From contig CAZAUT010000003.1 in the NCBI GenBank assembly GCA_964488535.1, positions 2,232 to 66,231 on the forward strand: a stretch of DNA of 64,000 nucleotides. The letters run 5' to 3'. The translations under genes were made by a program, and so were the position numbers. Below are positions 47,156 to 55,493 of this stretch, piece by piece (the stretch's first letter is position 1; each line of letters starts with the position of its first letter). Source of the DNA: an uncultured Gammaproteobacteria bacterium. Lineage in GTDB: Bacteria; Patescibacteriota; Microgenomatia; UBA8517. The notes under the pieces were generated by a model. The model had not been told where the DNA came from, made no database searches, and saw only the letters and a program-made list of their open reading frames with translations.

Positions 47156-47531
47156 ACCTTAATTTATAAATTCTAAATCCTAAACAAATCGAAATTTTTC
47201 AATATCAAATGCATTTAACTTTTCTTTAAGTGAATTTTTATATTTGTTATTTTGTATTTGTTTAGAATTTAGGGTTTAGTGCTTAGAGTTTGCTTGGATT
47301 TCATTCAAGCTTTTCATATATGAAAACGAAAAGTACTACCCGTTGTACTGGTTGTGATGTTCATACACTACCTGTCTTTAGTCAACTATAAGTAACTGTA
47401 TCAAATTACGGCATTTTCCGCACGCCATGAAGCTGAAAATATGTCAATTACCGAAAATTCATGTGGAATTATTATAAGATTAACGCCATATACTCCGAAG
47501 CATGATGATAGACATTCCTCAAAGAAATAAT

Positions 47532-48158
47532 TTATTGCCAATCGAACGGGTTATTCGGTACCCGTGATCCTTTCTCCAGAAGGGAATTTCTGGCCCGTTC
47601 AAATGTTTTTATGGGAATGTTCTTGTAAAGAACAATTGTCGGCCGTATATCATCCGGAACTTTTAATTCCAATTCGGAAAGGACTTCATAATGCTTAAGG
47701 GAAGCATACGCCAAACGCGAAGATACATCCTGCGAAAATATCCCTTTCTCCTTTCTTAAACTTTCTTCATATAAAGATGCCTCTTCAAGGTATTTTTCGG
47801 CTTTAGTCAAAGTTGACACAGCATTTTCATTTTTCCCGCGTTCAAAAAGAAGTATTGACGAACCGAGGCGTTTGTCGGCAAAAAGAATTTTAAGTTCAAT
47901 CTTTTTTAGTTTGTCGGGAGTCAAAGCAATCCACATCCTGTCGCGTATTGCCTTAACGGGCCAGAGCACACTGTCGGGCAAAATACTGCCCGGATATGCA
48001 AGGCTGTACTCAATATTTATGTCTTCCTCCGCCAGAGCAGAAGGGGTTTTTATATGATTTGTTTCAAATCTAACAGCAGCTGATCGAAAAACAGACGTAA
48101 AAAGTATCCCTAAGGCAAAAATAATAACAGCGGAATAGACCAAAGCTTTCCGAAACAT
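47532..48158 (-). CDS. hypothetical membrane-anchored or secreted protein, DUF5667-like
   Basis: N-terminal TM helix followed by a helical domain. The family assignment is tentative. Confidence 0.3.
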   Translation of the reverse strand: MFRKALVYSAVIIFALGILFTSVFRSAAVRFETNHIKTPSALAEEDINIEYSLAYPGSILPDSVLWPVKAIRDRMWIALTPDKLKKIELKILFADKRLGSSILLFERGKNENAVSTLTKAEKYLEEASLYEESLRKEKGIFSQDVSSRLAYASLKHYEVLSELELKVPDDIRPTIVLYKNIPIKTFERARNSLLEKGSRVPNNPFDWQ

Positions 48159-48259
48159 ACTATTTCTTACTATACGCCCACCAGTTGCTCAAATCAAATT
48201 CCCGTTATTATTTACCGCTTATTGTTCACTATTCCCAACTAGTGCCTAGTTGCTAGTTT

Positions 48260-48946
48260 CTACCTAAAAAGAATAATCGGCCATTCCCATAATACATGAA
48301 GAATAACAGGGGCAGCAATATTTTTTGTTCTTAAAAATAAAACCGATGCACCGAACCCATAAGCAAACGTCAGAAGTAAAAAAACGGCAAACTGAATTCC
48401 GCTGAGACTCCATTGGTAATAAGCTATCGGCATGTGGATCAAGGTCCATAAAACCGTTGTGAGAATTATTGACGAGTATTCGTTTTTCAGCTTTCGCACC
48501 ATATCGCTCAAAAGATACCCGCGGAAAACAATTTCTTCCGTTAAGGAGGTAATAAACGAAAGAACTATAGCTCCTCCAAAAAAGAGAGATCCTATATTTG
48601 CATTAAATTCCAATCCTTTATATTTCGTGATATTGGCAATAAGACCTAAAAAGGCAAATCCAACACCAAGGGCAATTGAAATATATACTGAAGGGAATAA
48701 ATTTTTTAATGTGATACCAAGATCCGAAAGCTTCAGTTTTTCCCTAGGGATAATATAAAAAAAGGGCAGAAACCAGACGATGGGTTTTATATAAAGTTCT
48801 TCAGTTGTATCGGAAAATTTGAAATTTGCGCGATACAAAGACCAGACTATAAATAAATAAATAAAATATATAAGAGGTGTTGCCAAACCTTTATGTTTAT
48901 ATGTTGTTGATTGTTTATCCATAAACAAATATAACTTAAAACTCAA
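48260..48946 (-). CDS. CPBP-family intramembrane metalloprotease (CAAX protease / Abi-like)
   Basis: Multiple TM helices and the EEIVFRGYL motif, with a downstream His. Confidence 0.7.
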   Translation of the reverse strand: MSFKLYLFMDKQSTTYKHKGLATPLIYFIYLFIVWSLYRANFKFSDTTEELYIKPIVWFLPFFYIIPREKLKLSDLGITLKNLFPSVYISIALGVGFAFLGLIANITKYKGLEFNANIGSLFFGGAIVLSFITSLTEEIVFRGYLLSDMVRKLKNEYSSIILTTVLWTLIHMPIAYYQWSLSGIQFAVFLLLTFAYGFGASVLFLRTKNIAAPVILHVLWEWPIILFR

Positions 48947-49026
48947 AAGTCAAAACTCAAAACAAAAACTTAAAACTGAAAAGTTTTTAGCTTTAATCTG
49001 AAACTTTGAACTTTAAGCTTTTAGCT
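48947..49026. repeat. inverted tandem-repeat element, ctcaaaac / gttttgag family
   Basis: aaactcaaaagtcaaaactcaaaacaaaaacttaaaactgaaaagtttttagctttaatctgaaactttgaactttaagc. Confidence 0.55.
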
Positions 49027-49563
49027 TTAAGCTTTCTCCATTTCGCATTCTTCAAACGCCATGTCTATTGTTTCTATTATTAAATTTACCCTATCTTTGG
49101 CTTCGGTTAAAGTGACGGCGTTCTTCTCGTTGGGAAACCAGTGGAACAAAAGATTTCTGCATTCTTTCCAACACATCCAAAGCTTATTTGCAAGATCCTC
49201 TCCGTTACAAAGTTCTTTGATTCTGTCGTATACGCCTTCTTTTTCCCGCAGCTCCTTCTCCAGCGAAGGATTAAGGGCCTTACCGATCCTGAAATGTTTT
49301 CCGTAATAATCGTTTTCGGAAATAAAACCGAGGTCAAGAAATAATTTTTTCAAAAATCCCTCGTAGCCTTTTGCAGCCGGGAAAACGATAAATGAGTAGT
49401 CGTGAAACCCCTCTTTTTGCACAACCCCCCTCCCAAATGTTTCTGAAAAATTTGTTTCCCATTTTTGTGCTGTTTCAACCAAAAGAAGAGATTGCATTAA
49501 CAGCTCTTTTATGTCGGAATGAACATAACTCCACCAGACCCTTTTCTCCAATTCCTCAACCAT
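49027..49563 (-). CDS. hypothetical protein with a possible HEPN-like Rx4H motif
   Basis: 178 aa, fully alpha-helical by eye, with KECRNLLFHWF (Rx4H). There is no other recognisable family. Confidence 0.3.
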   Translation of the reverse strand: MVEELEKRVWWSYVHSDIKELLMQSLLLVETAQKWETNFSETFGRGVVQKEGFHDYSFIVFPAAKGYEGFLKKLFLDLGFISENDYYGKHFRIGKALNPSLEKELREKEGVYDRIKELCNGEDLANKLWMCWKECRNLLFHWFPNEKNAVTLTEAKDRVNLIIETIDMAFEECEMEKA

Positions 49564-49642
49564 ATACTTATAATAGCAAATTATTTTGAAGTTGTTTTGA
49601 AGAAATCGCTAATGACCAAAAAGAAAGCGTAAAAGAAAATCC

Positions 49643-52099
49643 GTGTCACAATGTAATATAATATGCAACATGAAGAAGAAAGAAAGACATAAACAAAAAA
49701 CAGGGATCGAAAAGCGAAAAGTAGAAAGCAATAAGAAATTAAAAAGTATATTGAATGTTGTATATCGTATGTTGGGGAAAGCAGTAAACAGAAAGCAGAA
49801 AGCAAAAAACAAGAAAACAGTAAACAAAAAGCAGAAAGCTCTCCTTCGTATGAAGCTACGGACAAGCGAAGTAATTAACAAAAAGCTAAAGACAAGAATC
49901 CCGCGGAAATCTTTTTTGCATAATAAAAAATTCCGCATCATTATCGCCTGTGGTCTATTGACTGCAGTCGTTGCCTTCACAACGTGGCTTTTTTGGGGAC
50001 TTCCCCTTCCTACAAAACTACTGAAATCACAGGTTCCGGTTTCCACAAAATTATATGATCGTAACGGAGAACTAATATACGAGATATATGCCGATAAAAG
50101 AAGCTCACCCGTTAATATTGACGAACTGCCGTCCTACGTCATTGACGCCACAATCTCAATTGAAGACAAGGATTTTTACAGACACCACGGCTTCTCAATT
50201 TCCGGTATTACGCGTGCTGCCTATAACACGCTTTTCAAGCAAAAGCTGCAGGGCGGTTCAACTTTAACGCAACAACTGGTGAAGAATGTACTCCTGACGC
50301 CCGAACGTACCGTCAAAAGAAAGATGCGGGAATTGGTAATTACGGTTATCGTCGAAATACTGTATTCCAAAGAGCAAATCCTTGATCTTTATTTTAATCA
50401 GATTCCTTATGGTTCCACCGCTTACGGAATAGGATCCGCAAGTGAATTGTATTTTGATAAAGATGCCAAGGATCTTACTCTTGCAGAAGCTGCACTTTTG
50501 GCAGGAATTACCGCAGCACCGACAAAATACTCTCCCTTTGGGGCTCATCCGGAGATCGCTAAATCAAGACAGGAAATTGTTCTTGCCCGTATGGTCGAGG
50601 ACGGGAAGATAACGCAGGAGGATGCAGATGAGGCCAAATCACAAGAACTGAAATTCGCCGAACCGCAAAAGTTTAACGCTCCTCATTTTTCTCTCTGGGT
50701 AAAAGAACTTCTGGCTGATAAATACGGGGACACACTGGTTGAACAAGGAGGTCTTCGTGTTACAACTACCCTTGATATGGATCTTCAAGAATACGCGGAA
50801 GGCACGGTCTCGGGTGAGTTGGCGAAATTGAAAAAACAAAATGTCGGAAACGGTGCAGTACTTGTCACCCGCCCCGGGTCAGGGGAAATTCTTGCAATGG
50901 TTGGATCAAAAGATTATTTCGCCAAAGACGAAGATGGAAAAGTAAATGTCATTTTTGCCAACCGCCAACCGGGATCATCCATAAAACCCATAAACTATGC
51001 TCTGGCTCTGAAAGACAGAAAGATCACTCTTTCCACTCCCCTGGCTGATGTGCCGACTTGTTTCTCGGTCTACGGACAAAAGGCGTACTGTCCGGTGAAT
51101 TACGACGGATCGTTCCATGGAGCAGTCCAGCCGAGATTTGCATTGGGAAATTCCTACAACAGTCCCGCGGTAAGAGTCTTGGCTCTTAATGGTTTGGAAC
51201 ACTTTATAGATTTTGCCAATCAGATGGGATTAACGACGTTTATTGATCCAAAAAATTACGGATTGTCGCTAACTCTTGGCGGGGGCGAAGTAAAACCGTA
51301 TGACATGGCAACCGCCTTTGGTGTTTTTGCAAACGAGGGAGTAAAAATACCTCTCAATCCGATACTTAAAATTACAGACTGGAAAGGAGAAGTGTACGAA
51401 GAAGTTGATCCCAACAAGATTGACGGAACAAGAGTACTTGATCCTGAAGTGACATTTTTAATCTCTCACACCCTTCACGACAATAATGCAAGATCGGCTG
51501 CTTTCGGCAGCAACTCATACTTGGTAGTCAAAAACCATTCCGAGGTGTCTGTAAAAACCGGAACAACCAACGATAGAAAGGATAACTGGACGATCGGTTA
51601 TACTTCTCAAATTCTTACTCTCGTCTGGGTCGGGAACAATGATAATTCGGAAATGAGCGGAGCCGTTTCCGGTGTCTCAGGAGCATCGCCAATCTGGAAC
51701 TCTGTAATTAAATATGCACTTGATAAGGCCGAAAAAAGCTATTACAACCAAGAAGATGATGGGCACGCCTGGCCGAGACAGCCTGAAGGAATCGTCGGGA
51801 AAAATGTCTGTGCAACAACTGGAAACATACCAACCAATCCTGATTCTCCAGAGTGTGGAACTAGGTTTGAATATTTCATCAAAGACGCAATTGGTGCGAA
51901 TATCCAGGCGGGACAAAAGGATGTACTTGTATTCAAAGATACAAGACAGCTTGCCAATGAAGATGCCCTTCCCGAACAGGTAGAAGTACAAAACCACCCC
52001 TTCCTTCTCGACCCTTTGGGGACTCTTGTCTGTCTCGATTGTCCCCTGGCAAGTTCATCTGCTAAAATCAGCTACCCTTTGATTGCTGCGCCCAACTAA
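49643..52099 (+). CDS. class A penicillin-binding protein (transglycosylase + transpeptidase)
   Basis: GT51 motifs EDKDFYRHHGFS and GGSTLTQQLVKN. Transpeptidase motifs RQPGSSIKP, SYN and KTGTT. Confidence 0.85.
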   Translation: MSQCNIICNMKKKERHKQKTGIEKRKVESNKKLKSILNVVYRMLGKAVNRKQKAKNKKTVNKKQKALLRMKLRTSEVINKKLKTRIPRKSFLHNKKFRIIIACGLLTAVVAFTTWLFWGLPLPTKLLKSQVPVSTKLYDRNGELIYEIYADKRSSPVNIDELPSYVIDATISIEDKDFYRHHGFSISGITRAAYNTLFKQKLQGGSTLTQQLVKNVLLTPERTVKRKMRELVITVIVEILYSKEQILDLYFNQIPYGSTAYGIGSASELYFDKDAKDLTLAEAALLAGITAAPTKYSPFGAHPEIAKSRQEIVLARMVEDGKITQEDADEAKSQELKFAEPQKFNAPHFSLWVKELLADKYGDTLVEQGGLRVTTTLDMDLQEYAEGTVSGELAKLKKQNVGNGAVLVTRPGSGEILAMVGSKDYFAKDEDGKVNVIFANRQPGSSIKPINYALALKDRKITLSTPLADVPTCFSVYGQKAYCPVNYDGSFHGAVQPRFALGNSYNSPAVRVLALNGLEHFIDFANQMGLTTFIDPKNYGLSLTLGGGEVKPYDMATAFGVFANEGVKIPLNPILKITDWKGEVYEEVDPNKIDGTRVLDPEVTFLISHTLHDNNARSAAFGSNSYLVVKNHSEVSVKTGTTNDRKDNWTIGYTSQILTLVWVGNNDNSEMSGAVSGVSGASPIWNSVIKYALDKAEKSYYNQEDDGHAWPRQPEGIVGKNVCATTGNIPTNPDSPECGTRFEYFIKDAIGANIQAGQKDVLVFKDTRQLANEDALPEQVEVQNHPFLLDPLGTLVCLDCPLASSSAKISYPLIAAPN

Positions 52100-52170
52100 G
52101 TTACTCTCATGTGCAAACTTTCGCTTGAAGCGGAATTTTAAGCCTTATTCTTTATTACACAAAAGCCGAA

Positions 52171-52401
52171 GTGTTATTATTAAATATGGCAAACACACCT
52201 TCCCCTTCCGACAACCATGCGTCATATATTGACCCGAGCGGAAAAGAAGTTGAAAAGTCTTATCAAAAAGTCGGTTATCTGCCCAACAGGACATTTACAA
52301 TCATACTTTTGATAATATTTCTTGTTACCGCAGTTTCCGCAATAGTGATAACCGATTATAATTACAGAAGGGAAAGAGACAGGATCATGTCGCGTAAATA
52401 G
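52171..52401 (+). CDS. small membrane protein, hypothetical
   Basis: 76 aa with a single TM helix. Confidence 0.25.
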   Translation: MLLLNMANTPSPSDNHASYIDPSGKEVEKSYQKVGYLPNRTFTIILLIIFLVTAVSAIVITDYNYRRERDRIMSRK

Positions 52402-52404
52402 ATA

Positions 52405-53100
52405 TTGGCAAAAAGCGTAAAATCTATGTTTATTAACCGGCTTCGCCTTTTTCAGAATCTTCTCGTTCTTTCGTTGGTTACCTTAATTACCATTGTCTGG
52501 TCCACGGTTATTTTTTTATCTCATCAAAATGAACAATTATTTAAACAAGGAAAAATCATTTCCTCATATGAAGAATGTGCTGGTTCAGGAAATGTAATTT
52601 TGGAATCCTACCCTTCCATATGTATCACCAAAGACGGACAGCGGTTTGTACAGCAGTTGCAGACTTCAGTAAATGAACCTGATAACTGGCAGGAATATGT
52701 TGACAGTGATTACAATTTCTCGGTATCCCATCCGTCTTACATCACACCTCAATTCGGCACAAATGATCTTGTCTTAAAGTCAATCTATTTTCATGAAACC
52801 GGAGAAGAAACACGATTCTGGATGACAATTGAAGTGAATCAAAGTAGTTTGGAATTTTCCAATGCGGTAGAAAACGAACTTGCGATAATCTCGCACGGCA
52901 ACGGAAAATTGTTAAAAAAAGCCGATATTTCAATTCAGAACTATAACTCCATCAGGGCAGATTATGATTCACAAAGTAGTGGTGGAAAACCGATTTCGCA
53001 TATATATATCGACAAAAAACCATACATCTACGCCATACATACTTACACCAAGGACGTTGACCAAATTCTCTCTACCTTTCGATTTGAATCTGATCAATAA
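52405..53100 (+). CDS. membrane-anchored hypothetical protein, paralogue 1 of 3
   Basis: Conserved N-terminal anchor FQNLLVLSLVTLITIVWSTVIFLSHQN and C-terminal DQILSTFRFESDQ. Confidence 0.5.
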   Translation: MAKSVKSMFINRLRLFQNLLVLSLVTLITIVWSTVIFLSHQNEQLFKQGKIISSYEECAGSGNVILESYPSICITKDGQRFVQQLQTSVNEPDNWQEYVDSDYNFSVSHPSYITPQFGTNDLVLKSIYFHETGEETRFWMTIEVNQSSLEFSNAVENELAIISHGNGKLLKKADISIQNYNSIRADYDSQSSGGKPISHIYIDKKPYIYAIHTYTKDVDQILSTFRFESDQ

Positions 53101-53103
53101 TAC

Positions 53104-54300
53104 TTGAATTTAATGAATATTAAACTTCGCTTTCTTCAAAACCCTCTTGCATTGTCTGCCATAACTTTAATAGTTATCGTCTGGTCAACAGTTTCTTTTC
53201 TTGCATACCAAAATAAACTTCTAAAAATTCAAGAGAAACATTTTGAAAAAAATATCCCAAAAAGTATATCCGAAAGCATTTCTACTGCACCACCTTTTCC
53301 ATTCGGATCATTTTCTATATCATCCATTCCCAACTGGCGTAAGTATTCGAATTCTGAATTAAACTATTCTATTGAATTTCCAAACGATTGGAACTTTTCT
53401 ATTAACGACACATACCCAGAAAATCCGATTTTCTATATCTCTAAAGACAAATTAAGCAATTGGCATGAATGCCATAGAAAAACATCTTGTTTGGTAATCC
53501 AAACAAACATGGGTGGACGTGGCGGTTATATGTTCATGACAAAAACTCGTCAATCCTTATACAATCAAAATAACGTATCTGGAATACGAACCGACATTCT
53601 CGCATATGATGGAGGTGTTTACAGTTTTTTTATTAATATTGACGAACATATTCAACGACCACTGTGGAAACAGGGAACAATAGACATTTTTCCCAAAATC
53701 ATTAATGAAAAATTTTCCGAAACGGAAATGTTGCATCGTACCGGCCAAACCTCATTTGATTCACGGCTTGATAGCATTGCAACAGATACTGAAGATTTAT
53801 CTCTCCTTAGCCAAATCCTCTCCACATTTAAATTCACCGACAACAACCATAACAATTCGCTAAAGTGTATAAATGCTTTTGCGAACTCCAAAATTGAACT
53901 GCCCAACCACTCCATCCTCAATGGAACAGTAAGTGGGCAGGTTTTTTGGCCGTCTGAAAAACTACCAATAGGCATTAAAGTATGTGCATATAACACTTTA
54001 AACTATGCTAGATATTGCACCTCAGAAATCTTAAACGAAAATCCCTTCTATTCCTTATCTATCCCTGAAGGAAACTATTATATTTTTTCACTCTCCGCAG
54101 ACGGTTTAATTGGGGTGGATGGAATGTTAACAAAAAACAATGATCGCTATGTAGATACGGATACCGCAGGTTCAATAATTAGTGAAGCTCCTTTGCATAT
54201 ACATGTCGGCGCAAACACTACAACAGAAAACATAGATGTCGGTGATCATGTAATTGGTAAAAATACTCTTTCCTGTCCGGAAGTAAAAAACAACAAATGA
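53104..54300 (+). CDS. membrane-anchored hypothetical protein, paralogue 2 of 3
   Basis: Anchor LQNPLALSAITLIVIVWSTVSFLAYQN and C-terminal SQILSTFKFTDNN, with a longer central region. Confidence 0.5.
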   Translation: MNLMNIKLRFLQNPLALSAITLIVIVWSTVSFLAYQNKLLKIQEKHFEKNIPKSISESISTAPPFPFGSFSISSIPNWRKYSNSELNYSIEFPNDWNFSINDTYPENPIFYISKDKLSNWHECHRKTSCLVIQTNMGGRGGYMFMTKTRQSLYNQNNVSGIRTDILAYDGGVYSFFINIDEHIQRPLWKQGTIDIFPKIINEKFSETEMLHRTGQTSFDSRLDSIATDTEDLSLLSQILSTFKFTDNNHNNSLKCINAFANSKIELPNHSILNGTVSGQVFWPSEKLPIGIKVCAYNTLNYARYCTSEILNENPFYSLSIPEGNYYIFSLSADGLIGVDGMLTKNNDRYVDTDTAGSIISEAPLHIHVGANTTTENIDVGDHVIGKNTLSCPEVKNNK

Positions 54301-54339
54301 TGTTTGTTCAAACTCTAAATAAACTGATACCCAAGTAGT

Positions 54340-55074
54340 ATGTTATCCAACAAATTTCATTTTTTTCAAAACACCCTCACCCTTTCTGCTGTTGCTTTTA
54401 TCATTACCTTCTGGTCAACAGTTTCTTTTCTTGCATACCAAAACAATCAATTTAAAGAATATTCAGATGGATACAAAAGAGGTATAGACATATTTAAAAC
54501 AACACCAGCCCCTTCACCGGTTCCTACAATTTATCAACTGCAAATAACTGAGGATAACAATTGGTATGTTTTTAAAAATGAAGAATATCATTACACAATT
54601 AGCTATCCTAAAAATTTTAGGCTAATTGGTCGAGACCCTGCATCTATTGAAATAGACTTAGACCAAACGGAGGGGGCACCAACAAGATGGTTAAGAATTA
54701 ATGTTGTTTCCCCGGAAAATATTTCTCAATACCAAATACTTAACAATTTAGAAGTTGGTGAGACCACGGTTGATAAAGCAAATGAATTCAATACATGGAA
54801 AAGACTGAATAACAGAGATATTGCCAATGTTTCAGCAAAAGTGTTTATTAACGAAAAACCGTGGGAACTTCCGATACTAAAACTGATTATTCTTGAACAT
54901 AACAATGTCTTTCTAATAATAAAATATGTTCCATATAACAGTACCCAAGAGTCTATAAAAAAACAACCAGATGACCCTGAAGCCCGGATTGATTTTGTTG
55001 GTATCTTTGACCAAATTCTCTCCACCTTTCGATTTGACTCAGAGTTGCAACATTCAAATTTACCCGCTGAATGA
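54340..55074 (+). CDS. membrane-anchored hypothetical protein, paralogue 3 of 3
   Basis: Anchor FQNTLTLSAVAFIITFWSTVSFLAYQN and C-terminal DQILSTFRFDSELQ. Confidence 0.5.
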   Translation: MLSNKFHFFQNTLTLSAVAFIITFWSTVSFLAYQNNQFKEYSDGYKRGIDIFKTTPAPSPVPTIYQLQITEDNNWYVFKNEEYHYTISYPKNFRLIGRDPASIEIDLDQTEGAPTRWLRINVVSPENISQYQILNNLEVGETTVDKANEFNTWKRLNNRDIANVSAKVFINEKPWELPILKLIILEHNNVFLIIKYVPYNSTQESIKKQPDDPEARIDFVGIFDQILSTFRFDSELQHSNLPAE

Positions 55075-55159
55075 TTTTGGTATTACCGAAACTTTAATTT
55101 CCATTTACCAAAATCTCCACATTGTTGTCTTTTATATTTCTTTGATCTTTAGATCTTAA

Positions 55160-55480
55160 GCTTTACTTGCATTTTCCCTTCAATTACTCGATTGCTTACT
55201 CACTTAATCGCTTAATCGCTTCGTCGCCTTATCCCTTTGTATTTTTATTTCCTTCCCTGACAATACTTAATACATAATACGTTATACACTTTCCCCATTC
55301 CCCCATACATGCTTCATCCTACTTACTACATTCTGCATACTACGTGCTTTCTTTCTCCCTATATACTATATACAGCATACAATATACTGTTTCTTCCCTA
55401 GTATCCCAATATACTCCCTTGACCTCTTTTGTTATCTTTTTATCCTTTTAATCCTATTTATTTTTAAATATTTAGGTACT
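55160..55480. repeat. intergenic tandem-repeat arrays (cgcttaatcg, tacgttatac, tatacagcatacaatatac families)
   Basis: Direct reading shows several period 7-10 families in succession upstream of the second PBP gene. Confidence 0.55.
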
Positions 55481-55493
55481 AAATTGAATTAAA

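Noticed and set aside
47156-47530. Canonical NrdR boxes upstream of nrdR and nrdJ
   Set aside because: No match to the acaCwAtATaTwGtgt consensus with the right spacing was found. Only a different 16-nt palindrome is present, and that is reported as a finding.
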